From assembly GCA_039096225.1 (NCBI GenBank), contig JBBPEB010000003.1, forward strand, positions 434,001-498,000: a DNA stretch of 64,000 nt, read 5' to 3'. The notes under the pieces were generated by a model, which did no database searches, was not told where the DNA came from, and saw nothing but the letters and a program-made list of their open reading frames with translations. Each line of letters opens with the position of its first letter. Positions within the stretch are counted from its first letter, which is position 1. Made by a program: the position numbers and the translations under genes. This stretch comes from Blastocystis sp. Blastoise. Its lineage: Eukaryota > Protista > Bigyra: Opalinata. Shown here one piece after another: positions 43,106 through 57,368 of the stretch.

Positions 43106-45884
43106 TTATTATTATATAATTATATTTATAGTACCTAAAAGTATTTCTTCTCTTTATATACCTCCATGTACAACTTCTTATCCTTTTGCTAGAAATACAC
43201 CAGTAGAATTATTTATATGTGCTTTTCATTTGATTATTGCTTATAGTAAAGTTAAAATAGATTTTTGGAGAGTATATATATATATTTAATATTTATTTAA
43301 TAATAATAATATATATATATAGAGTGATGCTTCTTTAACAAGTGAATTAATAAATATTCGTCAAAAGATAATTGTATTATTATTTACTTGTATTCGTTTA
43401 GGTAGTAGTGAGATTTTATCCTTAGCAGAAGAATTATTAGAAATATTAAAAACAAGTGGTCATTTTGATAAATTATGTAATAATAAGATGGTTGAATATT
43501 ATAAGATATTATATGATGATTTTAATAATGATAAATGTTCAACATTAACAATTCCTTATATTCGTTCAATTACTATATATACAAAATATTTTAAACAGAT
43601 GAATATGATGGATCCAAGTGATGCACTTATTGTTAGTTGTTGTCGAATTATTAATACTTTCTCGAAACATGATACTATTAAAAATACTACTGTAAATATA
43701 TTATTATTATATATTATATATTATATTTATTATTATTATTATTATTATAATATTTATATAGGAAACAATACCAGAATTTTTTAATTGTCTTTTAGAATTA
43801 TTATCTGTATTAACATTTAATATAAAGAATCGTGATACTATATTAGATACTATATTTAGTAGAGAACTTGATATTTCACAAATATCTACATTTACTTCTT
43901 ATGATCTTTATGTATATTGATTATTATTAATTATATTATTAATTTTTTATTATTATAGTATATTTCACTTGGTAAGATATTTAATGAACATCCAATTGAA
44001 GTATTTGAATATTTATTTGGAGATCGTGTAATTAATGGAGAAAAGCATATTCTTCAACCTTCTATATCGTTAGCTGTATTAAAGATTATAGATACACCTT
44101 CTCTTTGTCCTCAATTTATTCAATATATTATAGAGAATTTAAGTAAATGGATACAAATGATGACTATACAAACAAATGATAATGTATATTATTTATTATT
44201 ATTATTATTATTATTAATTTATAGAGTTTAATAAATGATATAATTCGATCAATTAAATTAAATATTGAAACAAATAAAATTGTATTTTAATAATATTAAT
44301 AATATTAATAATTATAATAATAATAATAATATATATATAGTTATATACTATTGGTAAATATGATATGGGTGTATATCAGCCTATTACAGTTACTTCTCTT
44401 TCCAATCAATTAGTGAATAACTTTCAAATTTATAATAAATTCTTAAGTAATTTTATAATAATAATAATAATAATAATACTATAAATATAGCTTATCGTGA
44501 AGGTATAGATGTAAAACGATGTGTTTATTATCAAATATCTACTCAATATATTATTCGATTCTTATTAAATTGTATAAAAATGTCTAATAATACTCAAATG
44601 GTATAATTATATATTAAATAAATAAATAAATATTATATATATATAGAGTTCTTATAAAGATACAATAATATATTACTTTTTATGTTTATATACAAATAAT
44701 TCTCTATGTGATATGCAAGATATAATTACATTCTTTAAAGAATATATACCTCAATATTATTCTTTAGAACAAAAAGAAGCATTATTTAAGTATTTATTAT
44801 ATATATTATTATAATAATATATATATATTTATATAGATCTTTATTAGAGATATGGAAGAATCATGATCGAAATGCATCCATGTATTCAGATGCTTGGAAA
44901 GCTGCTTATATGGAACTTATTATTATACCTATTTATTCTTCTCTGTATATATATAATAATAATATATAATAATATAATAATAATATTTATATATAGTTTC
45001 CATAATAATACTAATACTAATAATAATAATAATAATAATAATAATATTTCAAATATCCCCTCTATTTCAAAAGATATTTTAATAGATTATATAACAATAG
45101 TAATTCCAAGTTCTATAGAGACAACAAATAATCAAATAAAGAAATATGAATCTATATTAGTAAAAGAATTATTAGCATTTAATTGTTTATTAGTTAAATA
45201 TATGTCTGAAGAATTATCTCCATGGAGAAAAGTATTATTACAATTTGCATATGATCATGGTAATGATAGTCATCCTGTTGTTGTTAAATATAGTTATTTA
45301 TATATATGTCAATTTATGATGTCTCATGGAGGTCCTGATTCTTTTATTAAACGTATATATATAGGAATGTTAAAACATTTTTCTTCTCAATGTAGAGAAG
45401 TATTATTAAATGCAATGTCATTATTTAATTCATGTATGTAGATATATATATAATAATATATAATAATAATATATAATAATAATATATATAATAATATATA
45501 TAATAATATAATAATAATAATAATAATATATAATATAATATAATCTATAGTAGCATTACAAAATGAATCTATTCAAATATATGTTCGTGAAACATTATCT
45601 CGTTATATGATATCAAAAGATCCAAATATGGAACAAAATATACATTATTGGAATATAATACTTTTATGTCCTGAGATATATACAGTAGATTTTATAAAAA
45701 TATGGAATCCTATTTTTAAATATATGCGTAAATGTGTAGGTCAATATGATTTAGTATTTCGTCATAAGAATGTATTAGTAAATATGTTTTCATTAATATT
45801 TTCTTATTATACTCGTGAATATGAAAAGAAGAAGAAAGAAACAGAAGAAGAACAAAATAAATTATTTTATAAAGATGATCATTT

Positions 45885-45918
<34 letters not shown>

Positions 45919-47886
45919 AATAAACAAATGAATTCTAATGAGAATACAATAATATCAAGTACAAATACTCGTATTCATACTACTTCTACAAGTATAACTA
46001 TGAATAATATTTCATCTTCAATATCTACTATAAAGAATTCTAATATTAGTGGATCATCAATGTCTATTCCTAATACTAATAATAATAATAATAATAATAC
46101 TAATAATAACAATAACACTAATAATAATAATAATAATAATAATTCTAATAATAATAATGTTATAAATATAAATTCTATGTCTCCATTAGATAAATTTGAA
46201 TATGAATATAGTAAATATATGTCATTTTCTTGTAATGATCTTATTATATGTATATATCAATATACTCAAGCTCCAATGGATCAAATATTAGCTTCTCGTT
46301 TATTTTTAACTCTTCAACAATATTTAAAATGTAATCCAAAAATAGATTTCCCTCTTAAAAATATTCTTGAAAATACATTTAAAATATGTAATTATAAAAC
46401 ATATCCTGATTTTAAAGGTATTTTAATTTATTTTTATTTATTTTAATTTATTTTAATTTATTTTAATTTATTTTAATTTATTTATTTATTATTATATTAT
46501 TTTTATATTATTATTATATTATAGGTGAATTAACTCGTACTTCTTTAGTATATGTAATAACTTCATTAAAGATAATAAGTACTTATTTAGAATATCATGA
46601 GAATACAGAGAAGAATAATGTATTAATAAATAATATAGAATTTATAAAAGATCAATTAATAATAGCATTTCAAAATATAGATCGTGAATATATATTTGAA
46701 TGTTTATTAGAATTAATTCCAAGTATATATATATAAATAATAATAATAATATATAATAATATATAATATTTTTTTTATATAGATTTATTTAAACATTCTC
46801 ATTTATTTAATGAACAAACAGCAATTTTATTTACTATTATTCAAGAGAATATATCAAAGAATATAAAGAATACAATATATAAATTATCTTCATATAATCC
46901 AGGAATACAAGAAGTATCAAGTTGGAAATATTTATTATTATTAAAAGAATTACTTCATATATCTCCAGAATATCTTCGATTATTTTCAGAAGATTTAATT
47001 CAATTAATAGATTCTCTTATAGTATCATTTCAGAAAGAATTATCGGATTCAAAAACTAATACTTCTTCTCAATCTAGTATAGATATTAATAATAAAGAAA
47101 ATAATAAAGATAATAATAATACTAATAATACTAATAATACTAATACTAATATACAATCTACTCCTAATGGAACACCTACTGTACAATCTGGAATAAATAA
47201 TAATAATACTAATAATAATAATACTAATACTAATAATACTTCAAATAATACTTCAAATATTCGAGAATCAAAAGAATATAAGATAAAATATAAGATAGAT
47301 ATAGGTTTAGTAAGTCTTCCTAATTATGATAATAGTGAGATAAGTAATTGTTTAATAAATTGTATAGAGATGATAGGAGAAAATATAAGTTATTTAAAAG
47401 ATTATAGAAATAAATATTTATCTTATATATGTACATTATTAAAGACTCAATATACAATAACAATATTACGAAAGATAACTAGTCTTATAAAGATATGGAT
47501 TTCATCTGTTCATATTATATTATCTCCTTTAGAATTAGAACAATTATTATATAGTTTTAGTGAAATACGAAAACATACAGATGCTACTCATGCTACTTGT
47601 TTATTTAATGATTTTTCTTCAATTATATTAATTTTATGGAATAAATATGTATATAATATATATATTTATTTATTAATTAATTTATTAATTTATTTATTAA
47701 TAATAAATATTATATAGATATCTAATAGTTATGAATATACTTCAAATAGTATAGAATTATTAAAAGATTTATGTTTTATTGGTTTATCATCTCCTGATCC
47801 TTCTATTCATCAGATATATAGAGATTTATTTATTAAAACACTTCCTGGAGATATATATTCTAGATTACATTATGTATTCGAAAAAG

Positions 47887-47956
<70 letters not shown>

Positions 47957-48161
47957 TTTCTATATTAATTAATTATTATTATTATATAGAATTGGTCTTC
48001 AATGGAAAGTCGTCCTTGGTTTCCAATTGTATTAGAGATTTTAATGAATGGAATAGAACAAGATAAAGAAGTAATTGGTGAACGTATAAATGAATATTTC
48101 CCTCCTTTTCCTTATAGTAAAGAAACAATAATAATAAAAGAAGAAGAAGAAGAAAAGAAAG

Positions 48162-48194
<33 letters not shown>

Positions 48195-48913
48195 TATTAT
48201 TATTATTATTATCATCTGAGTCAATAAAGATAGAAAAAGAAGATAATATATCAATAACTCCTTCTTCTATAGAGAATCCTATATGTAATGATGATTCTAT
48301 TTCATTTCATAATATATCGGATCGAGTTCGTCATTTCCTTCAATCTCATCATATGACTACAAGAAATATAATACAACCATTAATAGAACTTAGTTATGCA
48401 GATAGACATATACAACATCAGTATATTTATATATATATTATTATTTATTAATTATTTATTTATTATAAATAGTTTATGGACATTATTATATCCTTCTTGT
48501 TGGTCATGTTTGAATTCTTCTCAACAAATATCTTTAATTCCTAGTTTAATATCGTTTTTATCTAATGATATACATATGAATCAAATAGGAAATATACAAG
48601 AAATGTCTTGGAATCAATTAGATATAGAATCAAAGCAATGGGGTGATCGAGTAAAACAACCTTTTGAATATATTCATAGTGGTTTATATGGTAATATGTC
48701 TACAACAAATACTATTCAAGTATTTATATTTATTTATTATTTATTATTATTAATAATATATATATATATATATATAGACAATATTAGAAGGTATTTGTTT
48801 ATGTAATAATCGTCCATGTTTACCATCATCATTATTATTATATTTATCAAAGAATTTTGGTTGTTCAAGTCAAATAGCTTTATTATTAGAAGAAGAAAAT
48901 ATTTCTATAAATA

Positions 48914-48946
<33 letters not shown>

Positions 48947-49116
48947 TCTTAAAGACAATATATAAGAATATGGGTGATGAAGATTTAGAAAGAAGTATAT
49001 TAGAGACTATAAGTACAAGTATAAATACAAAGATAGGTCTTAGTTTAGAAAGTTATGGTAGAATTCATGAATCTCAATTAATATATATAAATTCAATGAA
49101 AGAATTACAATTAATA

Positions 49117-49159
<43 letters not shown>

Positions 49160-50866
49160 TAGATATAAAAGAAGAATTAGAAATATGGGAAGAACGATGG
49201 ATATATTGTTCAAAGAATTTATGTCAATGGTCTACAATATTAGAATATAGTAAATATATACAAGATCATCATCTTACTTTAGAAGCATGTTGGAAATTAA
49301 ATTTATGGGAATATCCTTTATATATATATATATATATTATATTATATTATATTATATATTATATTATATTATATTATATTATATTATATTATATTATATA
49401 TATATTATATTATATTATATTATATTATATTATATTATATATTATATTATTATATATAAATAAATAATAAAAATTAAAAAAAAAAATTTCTTTAATATAA
49501 TTTACTTATGTTCGTACTTTATTATATTTACCAGAATTATCATCTGAAAGTGAGAAATATTCAACAGATATAATGTTAATATCTACTCGTCGATTATTAC
49601 ATGAGAATAAATTAATAAAAGCAAAAGAATATCAATTTAATTTATTTGAGAATATATTATTAATGTATCGTTCTTTACCTATGCAACCTTCTATAGAACA
49701 AGATAAATTATTACATTATTTACATCAAGCTCAAGATTTACGTACTAGTTTACAATTATTAGAATTACCTATAAATATAAATGATAATTCTTATGAGAAA
49801 ACTACTATTCTTAATAAATGGAAAGATACATTACCTAATTTATGGGATCCATTATCTTATTGGGAAGATATATTATATTGGAGAATACAATTATTAGAAA
49901 ATCAATCATTAAATAATAATAATAATAATAATATAAATAATAATAATATAAATAATAATAATAATAATAATAATAATTCTCCATTAATAAATAATTCTAT
50001 AATAGAGAATCAGAATATATTTACAATATCAAAAGAATTAAATATATTATTATGTAGAACAGCAAAAGAACAAGGATTATATGATAGTGCTTTAGAATTA
50101 TTTCCAAATATATATCAAATAGGTTCTTATACAATAAAAGATTTATTAGAATATATAGAAGAAGAAACAAGTATATATGCATTACGAGATAAGAATTATA
50201 AAGAATGTATAAGTTATTTATCAAAGATAAATATGAATGTATTTTCAATAGATAAGAAGAATGATAAAAAGAATGAGATATTACGTATGAAAGGTGATTA
50301 TCATTTATTAGCTAATGAATATGATGAAGCTCAAAAGATATATACATTAGTACTTCAAAGTGATAATAAGAATACAAAAGCTTGGGAAGGATGGGGTAAT
50401 GCATATTATAAGACATGGTTAAATAGTGAAGAAGCGAGTAATGCTGCAAATGCTATATGTAGTTATTTACAAGCAGCAAATTGTCGTCATGTTGATTATT
50501 GGAAATTAATAAGTCGTGTATTATATTTAATATGTAGTAATCCAGAGAATCCAAAAATAAGTGAAACATTTAAAAAATATCAAGAAAGAGCTTTAGTAAC
50601 TTCATGGATTCCATTTATTCCTTATTTATTTAGTTATTATAGTTATAAGAATAATTTATTTAATTCAATAATAAAAACATTAATAGCAACATATCCTCAA
50701 GCAATTCGATATTCATTAATATATCAAGAACCAGAAGGAATATCTGTATATAAATAGATTTTTATTTTTATATATTATTTTATATTATTTATTTATTTAT
50801 TTATATATAGAATAATTATTTAACAAATAATCGTAATAGTATTACAACAGTATATAATATATATAT

Positions 50867-50910
<44 letters not shown>

Positions 50911-52196
50911 TATATAGTCTTTAAATCGTCATTTACAATCATTTGCAACAACTCATAAACGAATATATAATGATTTTGATTCTTTAATTGAACGTTTAAT
51001 ATCTTCTCCAAAAGATATTTTAAAAGAATTTTATAGTGATATAGATAAATGTATTTATTATATATATAATGATATATTTGGAATGGTTACATCTTATAAT
51101 GATAATAATAATAATAATAATAATAATATATCAAATAATAATAATACAATATATAATATATTATCTCCTTCAGAGAAAATAAAAATATATTTAGAAAAAT
51201 TATGTAATTATTATTTTAGTATAAGTAAAGAATCATTACAGAATATGTCATTTATTTATAAATATGCTGAAGCATTTTATAAAGATTTCTTAGTATTTAT
51301 TCCAAATAATCCTGGGAATTGTTTATCTAATGGTTTAGGTCATATTCAATTTATAAAGAGTCAACCTAATATATATTTTCCTAAGACAATAAATGAATTA
51401 TTAATTCGTTTATTTAGTTGGAAGAATATGATAAAAGAACAAATAAATATATATAATAATATAGGTTTAAATGAATATGAATATAATTATAAGATACAAC
51501 CATATCAACATAATTTTGTAGAAATACCTGGTCAATATATAAGTATATATGATATAATAAATCAAATTCATAGTTATATATATCAAATAATATGTGGTAA
51601 TAAGCCAGAATATTATGGAATGCATGATCAACGATATATATTGATGGTAGATGAGAAAGAGAATAATCATTTATTTAGTTTAGAAAGAATAAATAATATG
51701 TCAAAGAATGAAGAAAGAATGAGTTATTTTACATTATATATGGATTTCTTTTTACAACAATCATTTAATATACAGAATAAACATATATATTCAAGTTATC
51801 CAAAATATATTCCAATTAATATACATTATCGTTTAATGACTTATCCTGAGAATGGAATAGGATTAAAAGGAATAAATGATTATTATATGAATATAAAAGA
51901 GAAAGATGATTCTATAATATATAAATATATAGAAGATTTACATCAATATATATGTATAAATAAAAATTTACCTTCAGATGATTTATTAATGAATAATATT
52001 ATGGAAAATGATATATTTATTCAATTTTTGTATATATATATATATTATAGTTTATTTATATATATATATATTTATATATATTTATAGAATGAGTAAATGT
52101 GTAACATCTTCTGATTATTTCTTAATGAGACAAGAAATAGTAAAATCTTTTGCATATAATATATTTAATGAATATATAATAAAGTATATATATATA

Positions 52197-52255
<59 letters not shown>

Positions 52256-52433
52256 TATATTATATTATATATATAGTCAGAATAATGTATCTCTTAGTGA
52301 TTATACTTTTGATATAGAAACAGGTCGATTCTATATATATCATTTATGTCCTCCTTCTACAATAATGAAAGATGGATATGAATTAACAAGAAATAAAAAT
52401 GTACCTTCTTTAAGATTAACATATCCTTATATA

Positions 52434-52499
<66 letters not shown>

Positions 52500-53022
52500 T
52501 AATAAATAATATCTTTAATAATAATTTTTACAAGAAATTTTTCAACTATTTTATCACCTTATAATATATATGGTTCATTTAAAAATACTTTAGGTAGTAT
52601 TGGATTAGTATGATATATATATATATATATATATATATAATAAATAAATAATAATATATAGACATTAAAAAAGAATGAAGAATATTTCCATGATTATTTT
52701 TATTTAATGGAAACAGATAATGTTATTATTTATTCAAATGATGTATATAATAAATATATAATAATAATAAATATAATAAATAATAATTATAGTTAACAAC
52801 AATGAAAATGATGGCAAATGAAAATATGAAATCTTATTTATCTAATGTATATATATAATATAATATAATATAATATATATATAGTTAGAATATATATCTC
52901 CAAATATAAATAATATAAATAAGAATGAATGTGTAGATAATGAATTAAGAAATTTAATAGAAACATCTCAAAATATAAAAACACATTATAATCTTCTTCC
53001 TTCTGTATCTCCATGGTTTTAA
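37370..53022 (+). CDS. TRRAP: TRRAP/Tra1 PIKK pseudokinase (highly divergent, Asn-rich)
   Basis: HEAT repeats; ALSIIGTLGGKSR; FAT (WEERWIYCSKNLCQW, WKDTLPNLWDPLSYWEDILYWR, NAICSYLQA, WIPFIP, YPQA); VEIPGQY; VPSLRLTRNF; FATC ending SPWF*; no DxxxxN/DFG. Confidence 0.9.
49311..49505 (+). other. U12-type AT-AC intron in TRRAP
   Basis: GA|ATATCCTTT...TTCTTTAATATAATTTAC|T TAT; removal joins ACWKLNLWD-YVRTLLY in frame. Confidence 0.9.
52421..52531 (+). other. U12-type AT-AC intron in TRRAP
   Basis: AC|ATATCCTTA...TCTTTAATAATAATTTTTAC|A AGA; removal restores the conserved VPSLRLT-RNF motif. Confidence 0.9.
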
Positions 53023-53190
53023 AAAAAAAAAAACAAAAATATATATATATATAAATTTTTATTTATTTTAATTATTTTTAATATTATTTAATAATAATAA
53101 AAAAAGAAAAGAATTTAGTTTTTATATATATATAAAAATTGAATTAAAATAATAATAATAATGAATAAAAATATAATAATGAAAAATATT

Positions 53191-53262
53191 GGGCCTACCC
53201 GGGAATCGAACCCGGGACCTCTCGCACCCTAAGCGAGAATCATACCACTAGACCAGCAGGCC
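53191..53262 (-). tRNA. tRNA-Pro (AGG)
   Basis: GGCCTGCTGGTCTAGTGGTATGATTCTCGCTTAGGGTGCGAGAGGTCCCGGGTTCGATTCCCGGGTAGGCCC forms a full cloverleaf with A/B boxes and a downstream TTTTT. Confidence 0.97.
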
Positions 53263-53416
53263 ATCTAACAACTTATTCTATTTCTATCTCACTCATTATC
53301 ATCCATCTATTCAAATATCTATTTATATTATTATTATTATTATTATTATTTATATATATTTAATAATATATTTAACAAAACAAATTAATAATAAATAAAT
53401 AAATAAATTTATATAT

Positions 53417-54040
53417 TTATATATTTCCAATACTATTTATTAATCGATATGCTAAAGTATCTTCAAAAGGTACTTTACATATTCTTTTTGTAAATATATC
53501 ATCACAATAAAAAACAAATAATTGTTTACAATTATAATGAATAGGTAATGTAGTTTCTATTTCATAGCAATATTGAACATCATATAGAATTACAATATCA
53601 TATTTTGAATTATCAGGTAAACTAGAAGAACCATAAAATGTAGTACATAGAATAGAATTATTATTTAATATTTCTCTTTCTTTCTTTATATATTTATCTG
53701 AATAATTTGAAAGTAAATAATTTTTATATTTTTCAATAAGTATATATAAATAAGTAAATAAATGATTTGAATCTTTATCAATATATACAATTCGATTAAT
53801 ATCTTCTTTATTTAAATGAAATATAGGATTACATAATAAAGAAAATATTGATGAAGAATGTATATTTATATATTCAGAACATAAAGAAGATTCTTCTTTA
53901 AAATAATAATTTAATAATTGTAATAAATCTTTTTTATAATTATTTAAATTATATAAATTACATATATTATCTATATAATATTCTACATTTTCTATTGTTA
54001 TATTGGATTTTTTCTATATAAATATATTATTATTATTATA

Positions 54041-54079
<39 letters not shown>

Positions 54080-54785
54080 TATATACAAAAATATCTTGAA
54101 GAAGTGAATTAAATGCTAATGAATGAGACATATATTGATTTAAATCTTTATTCATAATATATTGTTCTGAATTTCTTTTTGTATAGGATATATATCGAAT
54201 TACAGGAATATTCTTATTATTACATTGTATAGTAAATTTATTACACATATTATTACTATTAAAACAAATTAATATTTTAGAATCACTTTTTAATATTGAT
54301 AATTTTTCTATTAATGTTATTAAACAATCTATAAAAAAATATGTTTATTATTATTATTATTTTATTATTATTATATATACCATTTTGATAAGAATAATCT
54401 ACTTTATGAATTGATATTGTTTTCTTTAGCATATTATTAATAAAAATATTCTATATATTAATAATTATTATAAAAAAATATATATATATATATACATCAT
54501 TATTAATTTGATTAGAATTATTTATAGTATTAGGATATCCCCATTTTGTTATAAATCTTTCTGGAATAAAATCATAAGAAATAGAAGGAAGAGAAGAAAG
54601 AGAAGAAAAATAATATAAAAATGGATTCTTTTGAAAATTATTAAAATCTTCAAATTTATGAATTGAATCAATATATAAATTTAATATATAATTTGATTTT
54701 TGTAATATAATTGTTATATTATTTATTTTTTCATATTCTATTCTTCCTACTATATAATAATAATAATATATTTTTATTCAATAAA

Positions 54786-54830
<45 letters not shown>

Positions 54831-55251
54831 TTTGATCCATTTAATGGTTTAAGAAATGAAATAAATGTACAATCACCTTCAAATTCAATATAATTATCTC
54901 CTATTGCATATACCATTACTTTACATTTATTATTATTTAATTCTATATATGATAAATCTCCTATTTTAAATTTATTAGAAATAATAGATGTACAATTAAG
55001 ATGATATATATAAGTAGTTTCTTTTGAAATAGAAATACATTGATTTTTTAATATATATTGTTCTTTATTATTATTATTACAAAATGGATCTAATAATGTT
55101 TGACTCCATAATCGTTTTATATATTGTTTATCAATATATAAAGGAAGAATAGGATTTATTGAAGAAGAAATATTTGATTGTAATGAATGATTTATTGAAA
55201 ATAATTCGTTTTGTTGAAATGAAAATAATGATATATTATTATTATCTGAGA

Positions 55252-55350
<99 letters not shown>

Positions 55351-56797
55351 ATGAAGAAGGAGAAAGAGGAGGAGAAATAGGAGGAGGAGAAAGTGATAAA
55401 TAAGATGAAGATGATGAAGGAGAAGAAGGAAAAGAAGGAGAAGAAGATGATGAAGATGATGAAGAAGATGAAGAAGAAGATGAAGAAGATGAAGAAGATG
55501 ATGATGATGAAAAAGAAGGAGGAGGAAGAGAAGGAGGTAATGAGGATGATTGTGATGAAGATAATAAATGATTTGATTGTATAGGAGAAAGAAGAGAAGG
55601 AGAAGAAGATAAAGGAGATAATGAATTATTTATATTATTTAGAAGCAAAGGAAAATATATATTATTATTATTATTATTAAACACATTATTATTAATATTA
55701 TTAACATTATTATTATTAAACACATTATTATTAACATTATTATTAACATTATTATTAACATTATTATTAAACACATTATTATTAACATTATTAACATTAT
55801 TATTATTATTATATGAAGAAGATGAAGATGAAGATGAAGAAGATGATGAAGATGAAGATGATGAAGATGAAGAAGATGAAGATGAAGAAGAAAATGATTC
55901 AGATCTAGATACAGATTGATTAGAAGATGAAGAAGAAGAATTAATAGATTCACTTAAATCAAAAATATTAGAAGATAAAGAAGAATTAATAGATTCACTT
56001 AAATCAATTGAATCATTATAACTATATTCATTAGAATCTAATGATGATTTAGATTCAAAAGAATAAGAATCAAAAGATTCAGAATGATTAGAAGAAGAAG
56101 AAAAAGATTCACTAAAATCAGAATCATATAAATATAATATAGATGATTCATTTATTTTATCAATTATATCTATATAAATAATAATAATAATAATAAAAAT
56201 AATAATAAACATACTTTTATTAATTAATTGATTTATATTATTTAAATATATAGAATTTATAATAAAATAATTATAAATACATTGAGAACAACATATATAT
56301 TGAATATTATTAATATATATAGAAGATAAATGAAGAATATTATTATCTAAACAATGACAACAATTAATATCAATAAAATAATTATTTAATTTATAATTAT
56401 ATTGATAATGTTTTTTATTACATATATGTTCTTCAATTGATTCATAATTATTATTATTATTTATTACTTTTGAATTTAAAATATATTTTTTACACTCTTT
56501 ACAATATAAATATTTATAAGGTAAAGAAGAAATATATAATGAAGATTCTAATTTTATATTCATTATTTCATTATTATTAAACACTAAAGAAGAACTAAAA
56601 GAACTAAAAGAACTAGAAGAACTAGAAGAACTAGAAGAAGAAACTGATGATTCTGATAAATTTGATTTTTTTGATATATATATATTATTATTATTTGTTT
56701 CATTATATATACGTTTCATAGGAGTTTCTTTTGATAAATAATTCGAATTAATTTGTTTCGATGAAGAAATAATAGTAGGTTTATAACTTATAATCAT
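53417..56797 (-). CDS. Divergent UPF1-like protein: CH zinc domain plus degenerate RecA1, no RecA2
   Basis: Cys/His cluster (CKEC..EEHICNKKH..CCHCLDNNILHL..CCSQC); IPERFITKWGYP; KILICFNSNNMCNKF; IPVIRYI; EREILNNNSILCTT; DIVILYDV; DTLAYRL, then stop. Confidence 0.65.
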
Positions 56798-57368
56798 GTT
56801 AATAGATTGATATATATATGATATTTAAGATGTATAAGAATATTTTTCTTTAAATAATAGAATTCATTTTAAAATAAGAATGAAAGATGAAAATAACTCT
56901 CAAGAAAATAGTTTTCTTTTCTTAAATGATTGATTATTTGTTGGATTATAAATGAGATGAAATGATTTTTGTTGATGATTTGTATTCTATATTTGATTTC
57001 ATGTGAATTTAAAATGTAAAATGAATATAAATAAAATAATTTAATTTTAAAAATATTTTATATTATAAAAAAGTATAAAGAATTGAATAAATGAATAAAA
57101 TGATATATAATGTAAATAAAAATGAATAAATATAAAATTAAAAAAAAAAAGAATAGTTAGTAAGAAAGAAAATAAATAAATAAATAAATTTTTTGATTAT
57201 TTATAAATGTTTATAGAGAACAAGAGAAAATATAAAAAAAATACAAAAAAATATTTTTTGTGTCACGTTTTCATTTTTCTTCTTCTTCTTTTTTTATAAA
57301 TATATAATATATAATGAATGAATATATATTTCTATATGTTTAATAATAGATATATATTAATTTAATGA

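Noticed and set aside
35797-53022. Functional clustering of chromatin genes (INO80E-like next to TRRAP; TAF1 in the same window)
   Set aside because: The INO80E call is weak and adjacency in a gene-dense genome is expected by chance.
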